From positions 171,939 to 223,791 of the forward strand of contig NMRA01000059.1 in NCBI GenBank assembly GCA_002633005.1: DNA of 51,853 nucleotides, read 5' to 3'. The notes under the pieces were generated by a model. The model was given only the letters and a program-made list of their open reading frames with translations. It was not told the DNA's origin and searched no databases. Positions 1-11,900 of the stretch are shown piece by piece (position 1 is the stretch's first letter; each line of letters starts with the position of its first letter). The position numbers and the translations under genes were made by a program. Source of the DNA: Phoronis australis (Eukaryota; Animalia; Phoronida).

Positions 1-151
1 AGGATGTTACATGTCACTGTATCCCCCTTCCTTCCCATCTATATAGGATGTTACATGTCACTGTATCCCCCTTCCTTCCCATCTATATAGGATGTTACAT
101 GTCACTGTATCCCCCTTCCTTCCCATCTATATAGGATGTTACATGTCACTA
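1..151. repeat. 44-bp minisatellite, ~3.4 copies visible
   Basis: AGGATGTTACATGTCACTGTATCCCCCTTCCTTCCCATCTATAT starting at 1, 45, 89 and 133. Confidence 0.95.
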
Positions 152-266
152 TTCCCTTATTTTACTCCATTTTTATTCCATGGTTTTTATTTATGTATGT
201 ACTTTCACACCAGTCTGGAGGCAGTATATCCTATCCACATGAATTTGACTACCTATGTTATTTCAG

Positions 267-2023
267 GGGTTTGGTCACCTGGTGCCCTCTAGTGAGCCAT
301 CCAAGGCACTGGGAATCATCTATGACTCGTCCAACTTTCCTAATCATGATAATAAAGAGTTTCCTAGTCAGCGCTACACGGTAAGATTTGTAAGATTATT
401 CCTGAACTCAGAGTTCTCTGATTTGTGCTAAAGCAATGTAGTATTTGACAGTTGGCTGACCTCATGATACGTTGCATCATTGTACAATTAAGTTGTCATT
501 ATCCCTTAAGCTTGGACCATTATGAAACAATGAAGTTATCGTTCTGTGAACAAAGTCTATGCACGATCTATTTGTCTGGTACTTTACTTCCTGTTAGTCG
601 TGGAGGTACGTTTCTGTAGTTTTGAGGCTTTTCAAAGGTCACGGTATCAGCTGTTTGTGTATTTCTGTCAAAATGTCAGAACTCGACAACAACACTTTAG
701 TTTATACTTCTTCTTTTGCAGGTGATGCTAGGAGGTGCCTGGTTCGAGGAGATGTTTGGGGATCCTGACAAGGTTGCCATGGAAACGTTAGAGGAAGAAA
801 CACTGCACACAATGCGAGTTCAAATGAACCTCATCCAGGAACCTACTAAGCTTATCGCTCAACTGAATAAGGTAAGCCATCACAAGGCTCACTCACTTTG
901 CCGTGTACTTTGTCAATAGATAACTACAACAAGTGCTGCCAATTGCAACCCAGGACGTCAGCAACACTGAGTCTGTTTTGTGAAGAGCAGAGCAATATCC
1001 ACATTAGCCATAACTTAATTAGTAACTCTTTGAAGCATGGGAGATAACTGTTCCTCTGTATCAGCGTATGTGATTCTGGACAAGAATTGTGGGAGTGCTG
1101 AGTTGAGACCCAGCATGTGCAAACTGTTGTCATGTGTTCACTTAACTGGAGAAGTTTTGCCATAAAATGTGTGTCTCATATCTGTTGATAGTGCAAAACA
1201 TTTCAATTGTGGTTAGTAATACTTTTAATGCTGGATCTTTTGATACTTATCATGCTTGGGTACAAAAAGACAAAGTAATGATTGTTGGGATAATGTCAAA
1301 ATGTTTGCCCCTGATACCGGAAAGATAACACGCTGGTTTTCTTAGTATATCAAATCGGACATTTTTGACTATTAATGTCTGCGGTGATCCTGAGAATGAT
1401 GGTTAGGTAGACCAGTAGTCACATGAGTAGTCACATGAGTAGTCACATGAATAGTCACATGAGTAGTCACATGAGTAGTCACATGAGTAGTCACATGAGT
1501 AGTCACATGATGAAGGTCCTGCCTTGAGCCACATACTATGATTTCACAATCTCAAAAAGAGATTTATGTCACAGTTCTTAAGTACGTATTCGATTGTGTC
1601 TCATGAAATTTTCCCGACATCTGACTGTGTTCTTTTGATAGACCTATTGTTGAACGTTGACTAGATTTTACAATTTAAAAAGAAACATGGCCCTTTTGAT
1701 TTGAAAATTACAAAACGCTCCCATTTGGTTTCAACTCCAAATGACAGTGGTTTCCAAATTGAGGCTCAATCTAGATATCGTTGTATTCAATGTTGTATCT
1801 GTCACTGTAATGCTCCTCGTTGTATCTGTCCGTGTTATAGGATTGCATCCCTCAATACAGACTGGGTCATACAGACCTAGTGCAAGGTTTGTTCAGTTAT
1901 ATTAAGGAGAAACACCTTCCACTCAGTCTGATTGGAGCGTCTTACAAAGGAGTCAGTGTTAATGACTGTATACTGAATGCCAAGCTGGAGGTGGCCAGGG
2001 TACTTGGACGACAGATTGACTAG
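267..2023 (+). CDS. PPOX: Protoporphyrinogen oxidase, last three coding exons (5' part lies upstream of the window)
   Basis: Exons: 267-380 ([38 protein letters not shown]), 722-871 ([13 protein letters not shown]...AQLNK), 1841-2023 ([10 protein letters not shown]...[22 protein letters not shown]...RQID*). All introns are phase 0 with AG/GT sites. The motifs match the vertebrate PPOX C-terminus (GFGHLVP, VMLGG, CIPQYTLGH, GASYEGVAVNDCI). Confidence 0.95.
1414..1510. repeat. 12-bp tandem repeat x8
   Basis: (AGTAGTCACATG)n. Confidence 0.95.
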
Positions 2024-2960
2024 ATCACCTGTGGTTAGTTGCTTTAAATCCAAGATGGGAATTGTTTATTACAAAATCAGTGCTAATAGGCTTGTAGTCG
2101 CAAAATTTTCTGAAAGCAAACCCATGTCCTCAGCTCCCTGCTGAGTGATGCACCCTTCATCAGCTCCCCGCAGTCCATGACGAAAGGCAAATCATTTGGG
2201 TTTTATTAAATTTGTGCCGTCTTTAATTGCTGTTTCATTCACAGTAACCACATGTATCTGTCTGTATCGGTACTTGTTTGTTAGTTACAACTTAGTAACA
2301 GGAACTTTGTGAAGGTAGTTGTGGTCAAGTACTCCGTCATGAACTTACTTGAAGTTGACTAATTTTGTCTTTCAGAGGCATTATGTTTTGTTACTTGAAC
2401 TTAATACTGTTTTTATGCAATAGAGGTAGTTTTTGCCACAAAATTTTGGCTGTGATATCTTTTATCAAATGCTTTACAGAATGGTTTCAATATCATTATT
2501 GTAAGGTTCCTAAGACTATTGTGTACATGTTGGAAGTTGTATTCTGAAGATTAATGTGTACATGTTGGAATCATGATATAAAACTGATTTTTTCTTTGTT
2601 ATGAAGTAGTTTCAGTTTTACAGTTCATATTCAATTGTGATGTACTGAAATCTCTGATTATCTGTTCACTTGTTAAAATGTTTCTGTTGTAATACAAACT
2701 AATTGAAAGTGCCAAAACATCCCTGGTGTAACATACAATGGTGTCTGTTTTGTTTCACTGTATTATGTTCACTACTTACAAAATTGAGTTCGGATGAAGA
2801 TGTGTGCTAACAATTGAATCTTACTGAGCTTTGTTGCAGCATTGGCGCATACTTCAGGTTCCAACCAATAGGTGGCGCATCACATCACTGTAGGTCCCCA
2901 TTGTTCACACAATGCAGTGCTTGATTAAAATTACATTTTGATAATTCAAAAAAATCTACA

Positions 2961-3433
2961 AGCCCTTTCATACTATCTTAACCCCGGTATGAGTTGAGCA
3001 TCCATGTATCCTGTGAAGTTAATCTAGTCGTTCATACCAGCTTTGGTACTTAACTGCATCGAAGTAAATGGTAGGTGATGCTGTCATCATCTAAGTAATC
3101 GCAAGGTAGCGCTGATGCATCTGGTGCTCGCTATAATTTTTTTAATGTGACAATTTGAGAACATTTACCTGTGCCAATTGACATCAAAGTTATTTCTAAT
3201 TTGATTGGTGATTATTCAAGCAAAATATAAGCATCTGGTAGCAACAATAAAAGTGGACCTTACGATAACTTAGATGAAAATGAAGTGGGGCATTCATATC
3301 ATACTGCAATGTCGAAGCACCACTGTTAAATCCATCTGCTTACTTCAAAATTATCTGGCGATACAGCACTGAAGTTAACCAGTCGTAATGAGCTCAAATC
3401 CCCATGTGTCGACGTTGGTATGAAAGCGCCTTA
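2961..3433. mobile_element. MITE with PIF/Harbinger-like ends, copy 1
   Basis: Ends GCCCTTTTCATAC...GTATGAAAGCGCC. Aligns by eye as the reverse complement of 26411-26884 (shared TTTTTTTAATGTGACAATTTG.GAACATTTAC and CATCTAAGTAATCG). Confidence 0.6.
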
Positions 3434-3524
3434 TAAGAAAGAAAATTGACGAAAGGTTAAAAGTTTAATTGTCATACAGTTGTTTATGCATAGCTTGCAA
3501 TTAGTAGCAAAACTGGAATTGGGA

Positions 3525-3843
3525 AGTGTATTTGTTGGAATGAAGAGTATTTGTTGGAATGAAAAGAGTATTTGTTGGAATGAAGAGAGTATTGGGTGGA
3601 ATGAAAAGTATTTGGTGGAATGAAAAGTATTTGGTGGAATGAAAAGAGTATTGGGTGGGATGAAAAGTATTTGTTGGAATGAAAAGAATATTGAGTGGAA
3701 TGAAAAGTATTTGTTGGAATGAAAACAGTATTGGGTGGAATGAAGAGTATTTGTTGGAATGAAAAGAGTATTGGGTGGAATAAAGAGTATTTGTTGGAAT
3801 GAAAAATATTTGTTGGAATGAAGAGTATTTGTTGGAATGAAAA
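3525..3843. repeat. 19-21-bp minisatellite
   Basis: GAGTATTTGTTGGAATGAAAA variants, ~15 copies. Confidence 0.95.
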
Positions 3844-4034
3844 ACTAAAAATGAAACTACATGATAGTTTTATTGTAAAGTTAATGAATGTACACAATTC
3901 TAGTCAGCTGACAAGATGCACAATTTCAATGACATCTTTAGTACAAAAAGTGAACCGTCCTACAGAATAAATGGGCGTTATAATGCTCACAAGATATCAC
4001 GTTTGAAGGAAAGTACTGATCTTCAACAGATCCA

Positions 4035-5795
4035 AAACAAGAGCAATGCAGAGCATAGAAATGCGCCCACGAATACACTGCAAACGGAGTGCTTCTAGCT
4101 AGGGTTGTTTATTTGTTTCATAAAAATAGCCACAAGAGGGCGAAAATAAACATCCAATCCATCCGAAAATGGGTACATGGCATCGCTTCTTTAATAGAAA
4201 GCTATTTAGCAAATTTCGGAAAAATCTGTCAAGGAACTTAGAGAAACAAAGGAAAACAAAAAATAATGAAATTGCCACTTTGGGACACAGCCTTCATTGG
4301 ATCCGCCTGAAAGACGTCATCTGTCGTTAGCTTCATATAAATAAAATTACTAAATTTAATAAAGATCCTGCAGTGAGTTTAGGAGATGCAGCTATAGACA
4401 CAAAACAAAAGAAAACAAAACTACCACTAGGAGGCACTACAGTAGTCAAATGCGTTATTGTCAACCGTCCTCTTCACACTGAGAATATATACCATATACC
4501 AATTTTCAAAGTCATCCTCAGAATGGTTTGGTTGATCGAGGGGTGAACACCAAAAAACAAGACTCGAAAACAGGAATAATGGCCACTAGGTGGGGCAAAA
4601 GTTCCTCGATTCCATCCCAAAGTGGGAGGATAGCATCATCTCGCCAATAAATGCCTATATTCCAAACTTTCTGATAATCTGTTGAGGACCTTTGAAGATA
4701 ACAGAGGTAAATCTAAAAATGAAAACTTCCACTGGTAGTCAGATCCGTCCGAAAGTTGTTGCCATCCGTTAATAACATCGTATAAATACACTTGCTAAAT
4801 TTAGCAAAGATGCTGCAAACCGTTTAGGAGATATAGCCATGGGCGCAAAAAAAACTGCCACTAGGAGGCGTCACAGTAGTCGAAGTCATTGGTAAATCAT
4901 CATCAGCTTCACAGTAAGAACATACATGCTAATTTTCACAATCATTGTTAGTGCAGTTTGGTTGATAGAGGGCTGGACACCAAAAAACAGACTAAAAACA
5001 GTAAAATTGACACTAGGTGGCGCAAACTCCATCAAATCCATCTAAAAATGGGAGGATAGCTTCATCTCACTAATAGGTGCCCACATTTCAAATTTTATGA
5101 AAATACGTTGACGTTTGAAGATACAGAGGTAAACGTAAAAAACAAATTTTCACTAGGGGGCACACCGGTAGTCAGATCTGTCCGAAAGTTGTTGTCATCC
5201 CTTGTCAATATCATATAAATACGCTTGCAGAATTTAGTAAAGATCCTCCCACCGGTTTAGGAGATACAGCCATGGGCACTAAGAGACAAAACTGCCACTA
5301 GGAGGCGCCACAGTAATCAAAAGTGTCGGAAAATCATTGTCAGCCGTTTTCTTCATAATAAGAACATACATGCCAATTTCCACAATCATCCTTAGAGCAG
5401 TTTGGTTGATAGAAGGGTGGACGCCAAAAAACAGACTCGAAAACAGCAAAAATGGCCACTAGGTGGCGCAAGCTACGTCGAATCCATCTTAAACCGGGAG
5501 GATAGTGTCATCTCGCCAATAGATGCCCATTAATATGCCAAATTTTATGAAAATACATTTAGGACTTTTGGAGATAAAGGTAATCGTAAAAAACTTAAAT
5601 TGCCACTAGGGGGCACACCGGTAGTTGGATTTGTTCGAAAGTTCGCTCATACCGTTCCATCCATGATAGGAACATATGTGCAAAATTTTATGAACATACG
5701 TCAAAGCGTTTTGGAGATAGAACAGCGGACGCTGGATGGACGGACGCCGAACGGACGGAGATGACGGCATATAAATATGTGGGCACATAAAAAAA
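4035..5795. mobile_element. Non-autonomous Helentron/HINE (DINE-1-like) element with an internal ~145-bp tandem array
   Basis: Starts AACAAGAG. Subterminal ATGCGCCCAC at 4061, inverted GTGGGCACAT near the end, and a (GGAC)n microsatellite at ~5727-5758. Shares its 5' end, internal units and 3' end with 15462-16503. Confidence 0.65.
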
Positions 5796-6713
5796 CAGAA
5801 AAGTTTTTGAAAACAACTTTCGAAAAGGTCACATACAAGACATCAAGTAGTTGGAACACACATGTTGTACATACAAGACGTCAAGGTTTTGGAAACGTGC
5901 AAGCGATAACAGCTAGGTGGAACATACATTGTGCGTACAAAATAAAGAATGACAGGAGTCCTCTTAATTTTGCTGAGAATTCTACTGTATATAAAATGTG
6001 TGCAAATGATACACTCCATTGATTTTGTCCATGTTAGTTACAATCTTGACATTGGTGGATTATACATCAAAACATTCTAATTAGTTGTAATCTGTGTGAA
6101 CACCTGTTGGCTGTAATAGAAACTAGCGGAACATTGTTGTGCATACCTAACAAACAAAAGCAGGAATACACCATAAGATGCACACAAATAAAAATAACAA
6201 TCCTTTTAAATTAGTGCAACTTCTATCATAAACTTTGCCATTAGCATTAAGCCATAACAGTTGAAGGTGGTATAAGCCTGCCTTCTGCCACGCCTCCACT
6301 AACTGTTGTAAAAGTGGTCTACACTTGTTCCTTGCTCGAGTTTCAAGAGATATCTAGCCTTGCCAATAACTGACAGTGGGTTATTACCCAAGGTCATGTT
6401 CAACTAACCAACTAACCTGGTTCAAGCCAACTTTATGGAGCCTGGTCTCCAGTTATTAACTCTCGCTCTTCCTCAGACCCTAGAACTGCTTCAAACCTGA
6501 GTAAGGAACAAGTTTGTGATGAATAAGTGGTATAATTTTAAGGCCATTTTTGACAGAAGGTGGGTTTGTAGCAACTCTAAATAGATGCATGTGTTATAAA
6601 TGAATAGTTTAGAGATATGAATAACATGACTAGTTGCGTGTACGGTTCAACCAAAACACAATAACGTACTCCACTAGCAGTTACTGCTACTACCTCAACA
6701 GACAAAGCTAACT

Positions 6714-7270
6714 CAGGGGGTGGAAACGAACCCGCTTACTATCCTTAATCACTACCCAGTCCAGCAAACACCAAACCCACAGTACAATTCCATACCTGTG
6801 CCCCTAAACTTCATACATATCAGTCCAAGATCATGGGTACAGAGTATGAAGTTGAGTCACTGGGTGTAATCGAGCAAGTATGGAGTTATGTGTATGGAGT
6901 TATGTGTATGGTGTTGATATGTTTGTATGTGTGGAGTTGTGCATGTGGAGTTACCGTATGCGTGTGGAGTTATGTATGTGGAGTTGTGCGTGTGGAGTTG
7001 TGTCTGGAGTTGTGTGTGTGGAATTATGTGCATGGAGTTATGTTTGTGGAGTTATGTGCGTGGAGTTATGAGCGTGGAGTTATGTGCGTGAAGTTATGAG
7101 CGAGGAGTTATGAGCGAGGAGTTATGAGCGTGGAGTTATGTGCGTGAAGTAATATGTAGCACGAGCATGGAATTATTACAACATGTTTGATGTTTGTTGG
7201 TCGAGGACTTAAGTTTAGGGGATCAAAACTTGAATTCAGAGGCATGACCATGGAATCATTTCCACCCCTG
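6714..7270. mobile_element. Small TIR element enclosing a 14-bp minisatellite
   Basis: Ends CAGGGGGTGGAAA and TTTCCACCCCTG, with TAACT directly repeated on both flanks. Confidence 0.45.
6879..7150. repeat. 14-bp minisatellite
   Basis: TGTGTGGAGTTATG variants. Confidence 0.9.
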
Positions 7271-8256
7271 TAACTGCAACTGGGGATATATGGATGTTGA
7301 CCAATAAGGTCAGCCCATTAAAAGGTGTTTGAGCCACACTCACTTGAATATAAACAGTATTGTTTATAAGAGTTGAAGTACTGATTGAAACCACGAGGGT
7401 TGTGATATGTTATTCACAAGTTTACAACCTGACATATATATATATATACACACACATACATCTACATCTACATTATATACATACATATGATGGGCTGAAA
7501 GGTAGGCAAGAAGAGAATTTCAATGGGATTACTTCAAGTTACACAAGTGAACACCAGATGGCAGTAAATGCTCAAAATTCTTCCAATATCACCCACATGT
7601 ACAAGGAATATGACATTTTACTATATAATTATTTACACTTTGACTAAAATGCTATCCATAAAATAGAAATATTTGTCCACATACTAATCATTGCAACTTA
7701 TCTGACAACAATCAATACTATTTACAACAGAATTTACAAACGTCTGAGAGATAAGCTGCAAAATGGAACCAAAACGTAAAATAATTCAAAAACAACTTAA
7801 GGTCGAAATCTGCATCAAGGCCAACTTTCTGTTTATGACCATAAATGTTAAAATAGTATTTACAAAAGAGTATTGGTTACATGAGGCAAAACTATCACAT
7901 GGTCACACTTTCCACAAGTAAATGACCCAAACATCACCCCACACATACAAACAAACCAGATAGCAAAGTACTTGCGCTGGACATTACAATGTTCAGTTCT
8001 TGCGTTCAAAACATACATAGACAAGTGATTTCAAATTAATATCTTGACGAGGTTACCTAGTATATTTTTTCAAACAAAAGACATTATTTTGTCTTTAAAC
8101 CAGTGCACTGAAGCACAGTTGCTATTAAATATGTGAGTATTTATAAATAATATCAATACTTGTATGAAAACAAAACTTGTAAACGTTCCACACAAGTATT
8201 GCTGAATTGACTGTTGTCTATCAAAATAATGCATCTGGCATTAACATGACTGTTAC

Positions 8257-8369
8257 AATGTGAAACATCAGCTGTGTTAATGGAATGTGAAACATCAGCT
8301 GTGTTAATGGAATGTGAAACATCAGCTGTGTTAATGGAATGTGAAACATCAGCTGTGTTAATGGAATGT
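8257..8369. repeat. 27-bp tandem repeat x4
   Basis: AATGTGAAACATCAGCTGTGTTAATGG. Confidence 0.95.
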
Positions 8370-8995
8370 TAAAGGAATGTGAATCTTGGGTTGTTCTGAA
8401 TGAGATTCAAGCAAAATTAGAAATCACTATGAATATCAGTCCACTTAACACAAACACGCTTGTCCATTATCTTGTTGACTGGCAGATACTTTCTGAGGTG
8501 CATTAATCATGCATACATGAATATTCCATCTGTTTCATTATTATAGATTTGACCTGATTATGTTGTATAACTAACTGGCATTGCAGACACTTGAATTTTT
8601 CAACCACCAGTGGGACACTTGTCATTAAATGTAATAAGGAATAAAGATTTGATTATGTTAAGTTGGCCATCATTGAGCTGTACCTGGAGCACACATTTGT
8701 GTACACGGCGTCTGCACATAGTTAGTTGTCTTTTTTAGTAATACAAGAAGATTCATGCACAAGGAATTGTGGGATATGATTCCTTCACAGCAGACATAAC
8801 ACACAGTCACAAAGTAAGGGGAAGGAAGGATATCCCATAATCCTTTACTCTGTGACACACACACAAACACTTGCTTTCAATCCTGACCAGGAATTCCATT
8901 CGAGAACTGAATCAATGACTTAGGCTCTCAAATTAACAATGGAATGCCTAAATAAGCAAACGCTGGCAAAAAACTACAATGACAACTAGTTCAAA

Positions 8996-11900
8996 TTATG
9001 CGTGAACTGCGACCTGGTTGGCCTCCATTTGAGCATACTGCACTTGACGCGAGTTTTCGTTGCGTTTCTTTATCAGTTTCTGGATCTTCTTCCTCAACAA
9101 AATGAGTGCCAGTATCGCGACCAGCACCACAAAAAGAGGCACCAAAATAGCCACAGTCTCCACCTGGTGGCTCACTTTAGGACCTAAAAAATGGAAAATC
9201 ACATGACCGTGAGGTGCTCATAACAAAAATTACACAAAACTTGCCAAACTGGCTGTACATGAGACACGTTACCTTGGTAACAAGAGTCAACTTGTAAAAC
9301 AGTTACTTTGACATTCTGTTCTCAAACTTTTAAGAGCCAAGCCCCGGGACTGTTTAGCTCCAGTCAAAGTGACAGTCATGCCGTGGTCACATGACATTTT
9401 GTAGCCAACATATATTTTCAATACATGGTACATAAATATTCAATGCCACTCAAAATCACCGGATAATGAAAATCTGCACAAATTGGAAGTAATCAGAAGT
9501 TTTCTGTTTCATGAGAAACTATTGAATATGTCACCGTATCACTCCCATACATCGATAACATATTTAACTATGGCATGCAATGCCTCGCGCAAGTTTTTAG
9601 CAGGAAGTTTTTCAATCATTTAAGTAGCACAAGTTGAACTGCGAAAAATAAGATTGAGTTTGTGCTTAATAGATTTATTTAACTAAATCTTCAAAACTTT
9701 TATGACATTCATATGGCAAGTTAGTCCTAGAATTTTGTTATTTTGGCAATGTCTATTTTCTCCTATTTCAAATTGTACACATAGGTACTCGAATAGTGAG
9801 ATCTCTGATTTAACTTTCGGATCAGCAACTAGCCTTGCGGCAAATGCCCATGTACAGGTAAGCACAGACAAGCACCCACACACTAAGTGCCTGTGTACAG
9901 AAAAGCACCCATTATGCATGGGCAAGCACACACAACCATTTTCTGGAAATCTTCAGTTTAAGTGCCCCCCCCCTTTGATGTCCAGGCTTTCCAATTTAAA
10001 CACAACAATATGTAGGGCTATGGTATATCATGATCAGTGTATGGTGCTACACTTGACAACACTCAGGCTCACATAACTCACCAAATGGTCCGTGGTGATA
10101 CTGTGTGATATTGAACTGATCCACCATCACAGGCGCGTCTAGTGTTACCATCCACTCCTCATACGTCAACTGTGTCCGGTTGACCATCTTCAACACACCG
10201 TACGTAGGTATAGTAGACAGGTCCACTCTCTTAGCAAACCACAGATCTGAGGAGAGCATTTTGAAGTGGTAATAGTCACTTAGCGGTCCTGCACGTTTGA
10301 GAACCAGTTTTCTCCACTGAATAACATGCATCAAACTGGTTCTCAAAATCCAAGAGCACTATAAGTGACTAATGCCATTAGATCAATGTTAACAAACTTC
10401 ACTCAACTACAATGATGTATCTGAAGTCACACAAAGGATCAACTGAGTTTTGTGTATAACACAGCAATCAAACTTAGCAAAGTTTGCAAGAAGTCTAATA
10501 TTGTAATATCCTGACATGAGTAGGAGTACACAGTTCATCCCTCACCCACCCATTCTGTTCCACTCACTCACCCTGCCTCACCCAATCATTTTACTTCACA
10601 AACCCACCCTGCCTCACCCAATCATTTTACTTCACAAACCCACCCTGCCTCACCCAATCATTTTACTTCACAAACCCACCCTGCCTCACCCAATCATTTT
10701 GCTTCACAAACCCACCCTGCCTCACCCAATCATTTTGCTTCACAAACCCATCCTGCCTCACCCACCCATTCTGATGCACCCACCCACCCTGCCTTATCCA
10801 TCCATGTTGCTATTCTAATAAGTACTAAAAACAAACATACGATCTTCCGTAACATGCTCCAGTTTGCCCTTTGACCTGTAGTCAGCTCTACACCTAAATG
10901 CACCACTGTTGAGATATACCGGGGCATATGGGTGCAGGTAATTATAGTCAGTAATGGCTTGACGGTACACGGGCCATGTACGTGAATACACAGAGCCCTC
11001 TAGTGACTGGATGACTAGGTCGACACCACCATTATACAGAACATCCTCAAACCTGCAACATTAATTAATTATTAAATATTAATTAATTATTAAACCAACA
11101 GCCACATCATGTCAAGCAAAAATTTGAATGAAAATGTGCCAGAGCCGCCATCTTGAAAGTGACTTCCGGTTAAACAAAATTTTATAAAAGCTGATCAATA
11201 GCAACAAACACTTGACCACTTTGAAAGTGATTGGTTTGCCAATGCGCCCTCTACAGGAGAAAACGTTTTTGGCCAGATATCGAGGTGCGCATGCGCCATT
11301 GTCAATATTTCCACCATCTTTAACCGGAAGTCAACATTTTTCGGCACAGTTGTAGCACATGTGTTCTATAATAATCGTATCAAGTTTCAGCTCTGTACGT
11401 CAAAAAATGCGGCCTCTAGGAGCATTTGAATATGAAATCGGAAACAAAATGGCCGCCACGTCCGCCACTTTGAATCCGATCATGACCAAAAACAATAGGC
11501 TTCCAGGACTTTCTGATTTACACGTCGTGTGCAAATTTCGTGAGAATCGGACGAAAATTGCCAACTGTACAGTGCGAAACAAAAAATAACTTGACAGAGC
11601 AACATACTTGGCGAAATTTATTTCCCAAGTAATAATCAAAACTTACCATTCTGAAACACCCAGGAACATGAGTGTGCTAGACTTTTAGTATTTAAGCAGC
11701 TTAAAAAATGCCAGTTTAATATTCCTACGCCACTAGTCAGGCAAACATTGCTTTGTTGTTAAAATATTTCAACCATTGAATCGCAGTTGAAAAAGAAAAC
11801 TGCAGCCATGGCGATGTTGCTGTGGAGACTAAAAAATCCATTTAAGTAGTTGTAGTCTCAAAAAGTAAGTCATAGAGAAAAATGAGCAGTGAAACCTTTG

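Noticed and set aside
3484-10818. Repetitive ORFs (FHSNKY, CVWSY, HKPTLPHPIILL)
   Set aside because: Translations of minisatellites, with no splice or homology support.
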